The position numbers and the translations under genes are program-made. The notes beneath the pieces were generated by a model. That model searched no databases. It was given only the letters and a program-made list of their open reading frames with translations, and was not told the DNA's origin. A stretch of DNA of 61,044 bases, counting the filler, from Basidiobolus ranarum (taxonomy: Eukaryota): NCBI GenBank assembly GCA_040143965.1. It is 4 parts of 4 records of this genome, joined end to end, with 100 filler letters (N's around TTAATTAATTAA, not from the genome) between each part and the next. Parts side by side here need not be neighbours in the genome. Positions count along the whole stretch, not along the records: positions 15,317 to 30,520 come from JASJQH010000389.1; positions 30,621 to 45,787 come from JASJQH010000390.1; 2 more parts are not named here. The stretch is one strand, 5' to 3'. Below are positions 25,601 to 38,648 of the stretch, piece by piece; the stretch's first letter is position 1; each line of letters starts with the position of its first letter.

Positions 25601-28600
25601 GAGACAACAAGAAACGTGCCTATCTTCCAGGCGAAAGTATTTGATAATAATTTGTAAAGAAAAGGAGGTATAAAAAGTACTGACAACAAGCTTATTAAAC
25701 AAAGACATTGGCAAACTAATTGTACTCAAAGGTGGTTTAGCAACACTATAAGCTTTCATATTGAGTAACATAGTAGTTAATGAAATCAGTAACATTCTAA
25801 ATGAATATATGTATCAATCAAGTACTAACATGTAGATAGATTCAGTATGGCAACAAATCAATTGACCAGTCCAAAGATTGCTGATTTCTGAATTTGGTGC
25901 TCAATCCATGAAGCAGTTATGAGGGACAGCCTATATCCTTTGAATAAATTAGAAGCATTAACAATTGCCTCAATATTGCGCTACCAAGTTACTCTGAGGT
26001 ATGTTGAAAAGTAGTTGATACCAAATGCATCAAAGTCAAGTTAGTGTGCTTGCAGGTGCCAAGAATAGTTTAAATTTCTCACAAATATCCTTTCCCAGAA
26101 ATGCTAAAGATACGAAATACAGGAATATAAATGAAACACTTCTGTTGGAGCATATAGAAGCATCAATAGACACACTCAATCAGCTCTATTGTCTCATGGT
26201 GCTTCGCAGTGTTCATATTGAAACCTAAAGCAGAATAGAGAATAAAAAGTGAGCATAGTACTTTATAGAGTGCCACTTTCCTTTCATTATGTGTGAGATA
26301 GTCAACTATTGGGGTATTTTAGATGATTTACTTGTTTCACCCACTAGTCACATAGATTAGGACTCCAGATATATCATTACTATATTGCTTCCTTGCTACC
26401 TATCAATATGCGGCCAGTGTATCAGCAGTTGATAATACCAAAAGAATCACTGTCTACCCAGTCATGCATTGATTTTTATCTCACAATTGTTGATATCTTA
26501 TAAAGAGTCACTGAAACGTGCCTGATCAAACCCAGTATTAATAAACACATTGCTAGCGTAATGAGAAGGAACCTGATTAGGTTTCTGTTCTAAACTGGGC
26601 TCGATATATTTTACAGTGGTTGAGTTGAACAAACGACTCATCATAAAAAACAACCTCACAATTGACCAGAGTACATATATCTCATGACTTTATATGTGCC
26701 GGATTATAAAACTTTCTCACAACAGTTGATTCAACGCTCATGGCAATCCGAAGTAAGGTTAGCATCAGAATCAGTATTAATTAGCGATGAATAGAACACT
26801 GGTTGATACCAGTTACTTTAATAGATCGAGTTATTCCGGTCCATATTCTGTATATAGCACCTGTGACTATATGGCTAAATGCCAGCTCATAACTGGCTGA
26901 ATGATATGATAGATGTCCCAGTACAACTAGAATTGCTTGATATGCATGGATAGATAATGCATACCACAGCTTGAAACTCATCATTGATTTCGCTTGATTT
27001 CACGGAGTATATATATTCCTGTATGCGTAGATACTTTATGTTTACGAGATAGCCTCCATGGATAGCATCTTTCTATGTGCCCAGCAAAAAAGTATACACT
27101 AAATAAGCCCATGGCATACTGTCCAATACAGTAAAATTAAATGTTACGAAGTCGTTAACGATGGCTAGCCCTTAGCGATTGAATTTCAGTTCTAAGGCCA
27201 TCCAAGCTCTGGTATCTGACCGCAGATCCTAATGCTGTACTGAACACCCAACAATCTACCGTTGATAGATCAGGGGCTTCCATCACTCAAATCAGAGTAA
27301 AAATCACGGGCTCTATGTATCTGATCTATATCCTTCACATCAAGTCCTATTTATAAATATACTGCTACTTCCAAATGATTCTGTTTTTTCAGGAGATGCC
27401 AAACCTTATCAAGTAATGATGAGTACATAGATATGCTACGGACTAATTATGTTTAGTAGCTTTGTTGATGGGCTTTCCATTTCAATACTTCCTATATACT
27501 CTTTGTTAAACCGACAGTAACACAGTACATCCTGGCTGCTCCATACGACTTCATGACTAACTGCTGATGTTTTATCCTATGTTGATTTTTCACACCAGGA
27601 AGCGGTAGTCTGTTGCTCTTTTGAAATAGTAGCATATCTTCTGAGATCGGGATCACTGCTGAGTATATGATATAAGCAAAAAATACAATTCAAAAAAGGT
27701 AATTTACAAAACTTCGCGAAGTACTGCCTCTTTAGTATGTATACGCTTAGGTCACCTGAAGATTTTTATAGAGCCGTAGTATATAAGTGTTGGACATCGG
27801 ATCAAGAACTTGATCGTAAACTGGCAAAAGTAGGAGGATATTTCCTTATCAAGAATTCGTTTATTCATCACATACTTTAAAGTGGGCTCTACAACTTTAA
27901 TACACTGCTAATACGGAAAGAATCGTAAAGTTCAGGTGTACTAAAATGCTTAAAGTCAAATTCAAGATGGCTCTGAATTAGTGATCATAACTATATTGGG
28001 AATAGATTAGGCGTTTTATCACTTTTACATATTCAGTGATTCGAGTGATCAATGAGGTCAGCGATTTCCACTACTATAGGATCTTCAGTCATGTTGACCC
28101 AGTATAACGTTCAAGAATGAGTTGGTAAGTTACGTGTGATTGTGGTCTGATCTCGTTACGACTATTTTCTACAGATAACTTTATTAAATGCTGCTTAGGA
28201 TATTGTTGTGCTTGGTATTAGGGAATATCTCACAGTAGACCAAGTTGCAAACCTGTACAAATCACGATTACTAGCTGTTGGCTTATTTTCTGCTTTAGCC
28301 GAGTCCAAAAGAGCTTTCCAACTTGGTCGCTGTTTCTAAAGTTCTCTTCTCGTGACAATTTCAATACTCATACAATAAACCGGTTTATGCACTATAGTCC
28401 CCTGGAGTTCCAGGGATATAGGATATTTATCAGTTTTAAACTTAGAGAAGCAGAGCTGGTGATCATCATTCTATAGTGTGCTATTTGTATAAAATAGGAC
28501 GGCACTCTCTTAGGTGAGACATTTATTATATAAATCTAAGAACTTCATATACTGATCTGAGTTTTGTTCAATGCAGGCATGTTGAGATGATCTATAGTAT

Positions 28601-28692
28601 TCTTTGTTTATGCGAAGAAAGTTGCCAACTATATAAGGCTTAACTGCTGGCTGTTCAAGTCATATTATTAAGCTTCATCCACGCCGAGTATC

Positions 28693-29218
28693 ATGGAGAT
28701 CCACCGGCTCTTGAATTTCACTCATAAAGAGCAATACTTGCCTTCTCCACCAACCATCAATTCCTATCCCAGTCCAGATTCGGAGTCAAGTCTTCGAATG
28801 AGAGCGTATTCGTGCTATTGTGGCAAGTCGTTTGGGCGTAAGACCGATTACCATAGACATCTTCGAATCCATACTGGAGAAAAACCTTTTCAATGTACTC
28901 ACTGCGGAAAGTGTTTCTCCCAAAAGTCCACACTCACTGTTCATTGTAGGATCCATACAGGGGAAAAACCTCATGTATGTAACATACTAGATTGCCATAA
29001 ATCATTCATTGATGTAAGTAGCGATTTTCGTATTCTTTTATTACGGTGGTACAATCTCAAAGTCAATTTCACAGTCTTCGTCCTTGACGCGGCACTATAG
29101 AACTCATAGCGGCGTAAGGCCTTTTTGTTGCCCTTATGAGCACTGTTGTAAGCAGTACACGCGCAGAGTCAACCTGACAAAACATCTTCAGAAACACAAC
29201 TCCAAAGCTGTCATTTGA
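28693..29218 (+). CDS. Small C2H2 zinc-finger transcription factor (4 fingers); intron 29014-29074
   Basis: HTGEKPF, HTGEKPH and HSGVRPF linkers. The spliced second exon completes fingers 3 and 4; TGA at 29216-29218. Confidence 0.88.
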
Positions 29219-29548
29219 ATTTAAGTTATGATTTATCGCTTCGACCTTGGTGTGTAGATGCTCTACTTTCCTGAAGAGTCACTGCAAAGATGATTATCAG
29301 TCAATCAGCTATCATTTGCTCTGAATTCCCTGATACTCGCTAAGCCTCATTGCAAGGTCAACAATCACTTTGAGATCTGTAATATGAGCTTTATACTCTC
29401 TACCCCCAAATTGAGATGGATTATTGCATCTTCATATATTGACTAGATATTTGGTGTATATATATTATCAGTGGCAAATAATTTTCTAATATTAATACAT
29501 TTATTTTTGGGAATTTTTATTTCCTAACTTTATTAGTATGACTAAGTT

Positions 29549-29877
29549 TGTTAAAGTACTTTGGGAGCCTGTTGGTAGTGGCTTGGAGAAATATAGAAAT
29601 TGGTGGTTTTACTTATTGATTTATTGAATATTCAGTTGACATTTATAGTTTCTTCAATATGTAAACAAACTAACGTAAAGAATGTGTTAAGGAAGGTTCC
29701 AGGGACATGTGAGCCAAGTTTGGGGCTTCTAGCACAAGTTTGAAAAATCTATATATCTAAGGACTTTGAAGTAAATTTTGATTGAGAATAATCGGTGATA
29801 TCTTAGTTCAATATAGGATAACTAAATACTAAGCTATATATGACTATATAGGTGCTTAGACAATGCTAATTTTAACA
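29549..29877 (-). mobile_element. Solo LTR, ~340-bp family
   Basis: TGTTAAAG...TTTAACA termini and full-length similarity to the other copies. Flanks AAGTT/CTGTT give no clean TSD. Confidence 0.85.
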
Positions 29878-30055
29878 CTGTTTACACGGTCTTGTGATAG
29901 TTTATTACATTTTACACCTAAATATTTCTTGATGAAATTGTTTCATTATACCTCTCATATCACTAATCTGTTAGCCCAACGAGAACTTTCCTAATTATAT
30001 GATTGGTAGGTAGGAGGGTGATGCGAGAAAGTAGAAGCGAAGTTAAAGACACAAT

Positions 30056-30280
30056 TGTTGAAATATTTTGGGAGCTTTTGGAAGTGATCTGGAGAACTAG
30101 AAGAATTGGGGGTTTTACTTAATGATTTACTAAGTGTAAGTTACATTTATACTTTTGTCAATAGATAGACAAACAAACGTGTAGAATTTGTTCAGGAAGG
30201 TCCCAGGAACATGTGTACAAAGTTTGGGGTCTCTTGGACAAGTTTGAGAAAACCATATAATCTTCAAACTTCCAAGTTGG
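30056..30280 (-). mobile_element. Truncated copy of the LTR family
   Basis: TGTTGAAATATTTTGGGAGC...GGAAGGTCCCAGGAACATGTGTACAAAGTTTGGGG matches the family. Confidence 0.8.
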
Positions 30281-30520
30281 TATCTGCATATGCCAAGTTT
30301 GATAATATAAACTAAGCAATTACAATCCAGCATTCAGTGGCATGACCTAATGTAATAGGTGAATCTGCCTACCCTCATTCTCTAATGGTTCAAGAATTTC
30401 CAATTAACTTTCCAGCTTGAGAAGCACACTTGCATATCTACACCACTTTTCTGTATTGTTGACAGCATAATGGCTGGGAGTAAACGACAGTTGTCAAGTT
30501 GCCACATTTGAGTATATCGT

Positions 30521-30620
30521 NNNNNNNNNNNNNNNNNNNNNNNNNNNNNNNNNNNNNNNNNNNNTTAATTAATTAANNNNNNNNNNNNNNNNNNNNNNNN
30601 NNNNNNNNNNNNNNNNNNNN
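30521..30620. other. Assembly gap with artificial linker
   Basis: N-run with TTAATTAATTAA. Confidence 0.97.
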
Positions 30621-31359
30621 ACTGCGACAAGGAGCTCCTTTCTAAAGTGGATGTTGGTATGGCAAATATTCACCCCTATTTTGCAGGTGTTGCTGCTGAG
30701 AATGGTGCCAATTGGACGTTTGAATACCTTGCTAGTACTGATGACGAGACAGTGTGGGAACTGACGCCTCTACAATGCCTATTGCAATTGGCTATTGGCG
30801 TGTGTATTTGTCAATGTACTCCTCATCTGAATGGTGAGAATTCTCCATAGTCATTCGTAAATATGACCTAATCATATTAGATGAATTTACAGTGCTACGT
30901 TGCCTAAATTTTGTTAGATGCAACAAATGTCGGTATACTGAGAACATAACAACTGTAGAGTTGAGGGGGTGTTCTACATTCAAAAAAGTCACATTCGGTG
31001 AATTGGTGAGAATTTAAGTAGTGCCAAAGATAGACTAAGAATTATGTGTTCATAATCTGAAAGTATGTTCGCTCTCCATTCTCTGATATACCATGTAGTT
31101 CGTAAAATCCATGATTTTGTGGCCAAAATATATGAACTTCAACCCACCTGAGAACAATATTTAGATGGCTTACGATATGGAAAAATTCAATTAATATCTC
31201 ATTTCTTTCTTTATGTAATAGGATGAAAGGGACTCGATTGAAATAACTAGTAAATGTGATGTGGATGATGTTTGCATGGTAATCGGAATAAATGAGATGT
31301 TTGTAGACATGATGGAATATATTAAAGTAATGAATTACAGCTAAAAGTGTGGTAAAGGC

Positions 31360-34300
31360 TTATAAATATCCCATTTCGCTCAAAGCCTTTCTCTTCTCAA
31401 CATCGATAGAGTTCCACAAATTATTTCTTGCTTCATCGCTAATCCCTCCGAGAATTGCCTTCAATGAATTAACCATGCGAGAGGCAAGCTCAGCGGGAAG
31501 AATTGCTGCAAACAAAGTATCAGTAAAGACAGAGACTAACTTGGGAATATTCTCGTTATTGGCTCCTAACACGGCGGGATGGTGAGCATCCAAGAGATCC
31601 AAAAGATAGGTATAGACATGGGGTGCTTCCTCTTCATCATTTTCAATGGGCAAAGAGGCGAACCAGACAGGTATAACGGTGTTGACATCAAATTTGCTGC
31701 TATTGTATTTGCAGACTTTGGTGACGGCTGCAATGGCATTCTCAGTAACATACACGTTATCGGAATCACGAGCGTTAGGTGCGTTAATCAACTGGAAGAG
31801 AGGAGTGATGGCAGCAAAACAAGCGTCAGCATAGTCTACACCGCCGAATTGGGCACACATACCAATACCATATGCAGCAGCTTGTCTAACATCCGCACCA
31901 GTATCCAACAAAGATTGGATCATACCTTGTAAGAAATGACCTTGGTATTTGAATGAGGCTGGGCCGGTGAACTCAACCAAGTCATCGAAAATACAAATCA
32001 TCCATTGTTTAGTACCAGGATGGTTAAGGGATAGAAGCTGTGATATGATTGGTAAGAGTTGATCGAACCATGGTAAATACGCAACGCCATGTGTCTTGAA
32101 AATAGTATGAATGGCTTTGGATAATTCGCCAAGCATAGCCTCTTCAGTAGCTTCCTCTTCTAAGATAATCTCTTCATCTTCAGGGTCATAATCTTCACCA
32201 TGTTTACCTTGCTCTCTAACTTCTAAGCGGCTCTTGTATTCTTCAAGTTGCGAGATAGTAGCTTTGGTAAATGCTTCCATTTGAGAAGCATCCATAGAGT
32301 TGGTACCCACAACCTCGAGTGATTCATAATACGCCATAAAGAGTTGAATCAAGTAGCTAGGATCACTTTCTTCCATCATAGCTTCGATGATCTTTTGAGT
32401 AACCAATTGCCACATCTTGGCAAGATATTCTGAGCTTGGTTGAGCTAATTTAACACAGTTCAAAAGTTGAGGAATGGTGGCAGCTGCGGCATGACGGACA
32501 CCGTCATGGAAATAGAAACGCAAAAGCGGCAAGATAATCTCTAGAATTTGTTCGATATAAGGTGAAAATCCAGCGCCGAGCTCACGTGAATAACAGACGA
32601 ACATCTAGATTGCAGTTCATTTTTCTTGAAGAACAGTGGTCTAAATACCAACCTGTTGGCCATCAACTCCAACGAACTCCCAGCCATCTTCAGGAGAATA
32701 TTGAGATTCAACATCTTCATCCATATCCAAAACAGCGAAATCGGGCTTGAGTTTAGCGGATTGGAGGAGAGGAGGCATAACGACAGACAGATAAGGAATG
32801 AAATCTTGACCTAACACCTTACAAATGCGAGCCCAGGCAGCAAGGAGATAAGAGACTTGAGGATCATCAGCTTCAGTGATGGCTTCTTGTGTTTTGACTA
32901 ATAGATCAATAAACTCGGAAGCATTGGGAGCGAAGGCCTCTTTGCCAACTGCCAAAGCAATCAAACTGGCACATTCCATGGCCTTTCCTCTAAGAAGTCT
33001 GTATTCCTTTTGGGTAGCTTGTCGAAGAACATTAATAAGAAGAGGCATAATTGCAGAGTAATATTTTGCAAATCTATCTTCAGCACTATCAGCGACGGTA
33101 GCGATAGTTGTGATAGCTTGCTCCTGAACGTAAGTCTTGCTGGAGTGAAGAAGAGTCAAAAGTCTTTCAAAAATAGTATCAAGATAAGGCTCCAAAATCT
33201 TCTTGGTAGCTGACTCACAGAAGTTAACCATAGCAGCGGCAGCATGGGCCTGAACTCTAGGACAAGATGTGTCATCCATTACCGGAATTAAGTTTGACAA
33301 AATAGGTTGATGGAATTTCTTTTGTAAAGTAGAAGCAAAATCCGAGGACATCTGGCCGATAGCATTACAAGCGGCATAACGAACTCTAGGATGTTGGTCA
33401 ACAAGGTAAGGTATGACAAGGCCAATAACCTTCTCTAACTCGGCTTCCATAATTTTAGCACAGCCCTCGCCAATAGCAGAAATTGCCATTAATGCAGCAT
33501 GGCGTTGTTGCCATTTATCACCACTAAGCATTGCAGGAATATACTGAAAAGAGACAGGGAGCACTTGTTTGCCACCAAGGTAACGAGCTAATCTGTCCAT
33601 AGCATGTTCACCGATAACATAATTTTCGTCATTATCCTCATCATCTAAGTCATCAGTGTTATACCATTCTTGATCATCATCAACGTCAGTCATCATTTCC
33701 AATGCAACAGGAATAATCATACTACAGAAATTGGGAGTCTTTCTAGCCATACCAGGGGCAATTTCACTAAGAGTTAATAATAACTCAAGGGAGGTTTGAC
33801 GGGTACTGTTTTCCAAAGAGGTATCCTTCATGATCTGGACCATGAAGTTTAATAGCTGAGGCATAACTGGTCTGAAGGGCTTAGTGAGATTTTCACCTAA
33901 TTCAATTAGAACACTGAGGGCATCGGTCAAATTGGTATCATCTTTTTGAGAGTATAAAGGCTCAAGAACTGTGAGCATCTCAGGCATAAGCGAACCCAAT
34001 GCATTTTTGGATTGAGTGTCAGCTTCAAGCATGTAATAGATTGAGGCCTTTAAAGCAGCAAGACGTACTCCAACACTTTGGGGATCTTGAAGACCGGCAG
34101 TAAATGCAGTTTTAAGAGCATCGGTGTGTTGATGAGCAATCAAATAAGGAACGGCGGCAAAGATACGGAAAGCAGCCTCTCTGTGATCGGGAGATGAAGA
34201 CTTGCTACATTCAAAAAGGGCAGGTAAGATTTCATTCCATGGTTCGTCTCTTGCGAGGCCTCCTTTAACAACTTCAGATATGGTATCGCAAAGCTTATGG

Positions 34301-34718
34301 CGGACAGTTACGTCCGATTCTGAAGAGAGTGACTGTAAAAGTTCGTTTTTAACGATATCCCTAGTTTCAGGTTGTACTATATCCCAAGGAGAAACTGTGC
34401 CATCATTGGTTTTTTGCTCGGCAAGAGGTTTGAAGGAAAGACGGCGGAATAATACAGCAGAAAAAGAACGAAGCTAATTAAAAAAGAGTGAGAAAAGCAA
34501 GCAAGACTACAAATTAACTTCGAAAAACATACATGAACATCCTCACTGGTGCGGATAAGTTGAACCAAAGCTTGTAAAAACACATCAGGTTGTTGTGCAG
34601 CCCAGAAGGTATTCAAATGGTCTTCAGCGTGTGAACGCAACATATTATCAGTTGAAATCAAACTCTTCAAGAGCTCAACCAGCTGGCTGATGACTTCAGG
34701 GGTTACTGTAGTAGTCAT
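31360..34718 (-). CDS. PSE1: Importin beta-3 / karyopherin Pse1 (Kap121, IPO5 family); intron 34532-34474; interrupted by three in-frame stops at 32605-32643
   Basis: HEAT-repeat motifs WQQRHAALMAISAIGEGC, HPRVRYAACNAIGQMS, RVQAHAAAAMVNF, RLLRGKAMECASLI, FYFHDGVR and VRQAAAYGIG. ORFs 32641..34143 and 31360..32604 are in the same frame. Confidence 0.92.
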
Positions 34719-35668
34719 TATGGGCTAAGAGAAGATGAAATAAGTTAGTAATTGTTGTAAGAACTAATATGCCTACTGGCTGTAGCCAATTAATACAGTC
34801 AGTACAGAGTGTTATGAGAAACTTACCAATTAAAGAATACGCAATGAATAGTAATTTAGAGAAAATGAGTCAAGACCAACGTTTGTTTATGGTTATTAAG
34901 ATAATACTGAAGTGGCCAGTCAAGGTTATAGAGCCAAGATACACTCGAACCTAAAAATTGAATTTAATATTAATGTGGCTGCATGCTAACCAATCAATAA
35001 AGATAAAATATGCACTAGAAAAAAATTAGTTCAGTACTACTTGGGAGTCAGAAAAAAAGGAAAGAAAAATTACTTTGTCCCAATATGATACGTAATTATC
35101 ATGATACAAATATTTAAACGCTCATTACTCCTGCTGTTATTTGCCCCAAGTCCGTGTTCGAGTTAATATGGCGAAGTTCGAATACTCGAGTGCCATCAGA
35201 CTCGGTATTTTTGTCTATTGCCCATATTTGTTAATGATAACTCAGAAAAGAACAAACCATTCGAATTGTGACCTTTGGACCTCACCCTCTCTGAGTACAT
35301 TGGCCTCTCCAGCCAATGATATTGGATTCTTCTTTTGATGATAATAATATGTGGTGTGGGTCCAGCTCGAAGATGTTCCTATGTTACTTGATTATTTGTT
35401 TATCATTCACACATGAATGCAAATGCTGCAACAGCCTATGCCAGCCAATTTGATGGTTAACACAGTTACTAGGTCGAGGGAATAAATCAGTCATCTATTT
35501 ATTTTTGTTTTGACCTAATTCAACTCAGCCAATGATGAGTGGCAAACGTTGAATAAATAAATGATGTACACAATTACAAATAAATTTGCATGGCAACTAT
35601 CGCTTACTTCAAACTCATACATATCATTTGTCAAAGCCAACCTATCCTTATCACACAAAAGTAATATA

Positions 35669-36403
35669 ATGGCTTCAAGACTTGTAACCACCACCCCACA
35701 TCGTCGACGGGGTCAAATCACACTTCCCAAACTTGACAATGAGAGAACTTCTATATTCGATCTACTCGAAAACCCCATTGGCGAGCTTCTGACGTCTTTT
35801 CAGACTCTTCAGACCAATTTTGAGCAGATGCGTGAGATAAACGATTCTTTAACAGATTTCAACTTAGCTTTTGGTGGTTTCGTACAAGGGTTGCAGTTAA
35901 ATGCTGTCTGCATCAATTTTCCCGAGGCACCCAACGAAGAATCCTTCAAACTACCAGAGTATGAAGCACAATTAGCAAATTTAGAATCAATAGTAGCCCC
36001 ATCGGAGCCTGAAGTTGCCGAGGTACCTACTGAGCCAGTTATTGCGATGGATGTTGATGTTTCTGAGAAACCAGTATCAAGGAATCAGGAAAAGCCTACT
36101 GCCAGAGTGATGGTTAAGAAGGCTCCTGTATTTCCACTGAAAAGAATTCTAGACAGCTTACCAGATAGGTATCGCGAACAGAATCATCGTAAAAACATCG
36201 AAGCAATCCTGAAGCTACTACGGAAGTCCTCCGATGGTGTTTATCTACAAGATATCATCAAATTCACCGACACACCCAAGAATTGGTGCAATATCTATCT
36301 AAATATGCTCTGCAATGAGAAACACCTGGAGAAAATCTCAAAGAAAGGATTACTTTATCGTTTGGATCCAGTCAAATATCCTCCTTTGAAATCTTCCAAA
36401 TGA
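35669..36403 (+). CDS. DAM1: DASH/Dam1 kinetochore complex subunit Dam1 with C-terminal extension
   Basis: ELLTSFQTLQTNFEQMREINDSLTDFNLAFGGFVQGLQLNAVCINFPEAP matches the Dam1 core (FN..F..F..GL..NA.C..FPEAP). TPHR near the N-terminus is a CDK-type site. Confidence 0.82.
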   Translation: MASRLVTTTPHRRRGQITLPKLDNERTSIFDLLENPIGELLTSFQTLQTNFEQMREINDSLTDFNLAFGGFVQGLQLNAVCINFPEAPNEESFKLPEYEAQLANLESIVAPSEPEVAEVPTEPVIAMDVDVSEKPVSRNQEKPTARVMVKKAPVFPLKRILDSLPDRYREQNHRKNIEAILKLLRKSSDGVYLQDIIKFTDTPKNWCNIYLNMLCNEKHLEKISKKGLLYRLDPVKYPPLKSSK

Positions 36404-37710
36404 TAGTCCTGCTTTTATTTCGTATCTCGCAACAGAAACGATCTTTGTAATGCCCCATACATATTTACTTTCCTGATATTCCGTTAACGTTAAAGTTTAT
36501 GCCATATTTCTTTTATCTAGAGGGATGAAAACTATATGATATTTCCAAGTCAAGGCAAGTCACCTGTTTAAAGATTCAACATAAAATAGTCTCACCGACT
36601 TTAAAGTTTTAATGTACCTTTCAAAAGAGTAACAATATATGTATAATTTTAACCAATCAATGCTGGTACATATCGAATAAACAGTTGATGCTATAGACAA
36701 CTTGCACTAAAACTTATACACCATATTCATTGTAGAAGCTAAGTGCAACTTATATGGAAAGTGTGCACTTTACTGCCATATGTAAAGATTACCAACAACG
36801 GATACCATGATTAAGGCTATACCCTGAGTTATGATCCAATACTTGAACTTGGGTTCTAGATCACCTCTTCGATACCACCGTGTCTATAGTAGAGTGATGA
36901 CAATCGTTAAATTAAACCCAAAAGCCTTATAAGTAATCAAAGCGTAAATACCACTTGTATCTGACAACTTGCAAAGACTAATAAACTCAGTCCAAAGAAT
37001 ATATGAAAGAGAGAGCGGGAAACACCATTTACGAAAGACAAGAGTATAGTCAAAAAAGTAGGGAGTATGACTATACAGTCGAGTATCTTCTCTGTGAGTG
37101 TTGACTTCGAGTAATGAGCTTATTAGAGAAAGAGGAGGAGATTTTTAACCAATATACATACCTGAGAACGATACTCAGCAAACTGCTCTAGCATTTTTCG
37201 AAATCGCAACATGGAGCTTGTATCGATCATTGAAATATCGTGTATTCCTATATATTATCTATCCCCGCTCCTGATTGGCTTAGGTGCCTCCAATCCATCA
37301 CTCCAGCTCAATGATCCAAGCTTATTTATAAATGAACAGGATAGTGAAGTGACCTCAAGAAAGTATAACGATCTTGTCAGCAATATACTTGAGACATTGA
37401 ACTCGTGAAAATAATAGCTCAGCAGTCTTGAGACTAGTGTAAAACCAGTAATGAAATGATGTTCTATAGCTACACTTGTTCGATCGAAGCTGTCTTTCAG
37501 AGGCTGATTGCATACAAGGTGTTTTGTGAATCAAACCTCCTATTATAATCAATCACGTAATCTCTTCATCACATACCTGTTGTAGAGATAAGTTTTACTT
37601 GATATAACCTTGACATGGGGATTCGTTTTCAGCAGACTGTTATAACCTACTTGCATTGCATTAGAATACATTTCACAGCATTATATTGATATAGCATGTT
37701 TGCTACAATT

Positions 37711-37976
37711 TGTTGAAATTTACATAGCCTAAGCATCTATAGTCATATATAGCTTAGTATTTAGTTATTCCATGTTGAACTAAGATAGCACCTCAAGAGG
37801 AATTGACTTAGAGATTTGAAGATATATAGATTTTGAGAACTTGTCCTAACACATTCTACACGTTTGTTTGTTTACATCTTGACAAAACTATAAATGTCTA
37901 CTTTCTACTCAATAAATCAAAAATGAAAACCATCAATCCTTCTAGTTCTCCAACAAACCCTCAAAATACCTCAACA
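37711..37976 (+). mobile_element. Solo LTR (internally deleted) with perfect 5-bp TSD CAATT
   Basis: CAATT|TGTTGAAATT...CCTCAACA|CAATT. Confidence 0.9.
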
Positions 37977-38648
37977 CAATTATGATATAACTATCACCGG
38001 ATGAGGTAGTTCATATAGTCTCAATATGTAGAATATGTGTACTGTGCTTATTACTGTCGTCTGGTCTTCATGATGGCTTTTCAAGGATAGTACATCCACT
38101 TCGTAGTATCTCTATTAGGGAAGAGTGGCCTAACCATCTGATATCATGTTGCAGTTCAGCATGCCAGACATCTTACATAGCGAATTCATTGGTAGCCAAC
38201 ATTCAGTAGGTGTGTCCAAGGTTCTCTAATGACTGGTCAATTTTATATTCAGATATATGGGGATATTCCGATTTGTTACTTAATCATCAGGCAATTAGCC
38301 AATCAGAGAACTGCTTTGTCTCTAATTGATTTCAATCGGATACTAAAGTATATCTGCGTAAGTGGCTAGAACATATTAACATATTGTATGTCATTTGATT
38401 CTTTTTATTCTAACTTCTGCAACTGAATGAAGTCAAAATAGTGATACAAAAGATGCCTGATCTGATACCGAGCATTATTGGTTATTGGCTTTCGGCATGA
38501 AATGCATATTTGTACGTAACAAAGTAGATGGGATTATACATATTTAGAAATCGGGAACAATGATGAGGATAGTAGGAGTTATACATGCTTTCGTCAAAGA
38601 GATTGTCGATTGATGCCACATTTAACATCAACACCGTTGATGGGTACT

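Noticed and set aside
30955-30980. GAGGGGGTGTT resembling a copia polypurine tract plus LTR start
   Set aside because: The downstream sequence does not match the LTR family, and no RNase H motifs were recognisable upstream.
31360-34718. Genome-wide stop-codon reassignment as the explanation for the PSE1 stops
   Set aside because: TAG, TGA and TAA all terminate other genes normally in this window, and the two TAGs align with different expected residues (Lys and Glu).
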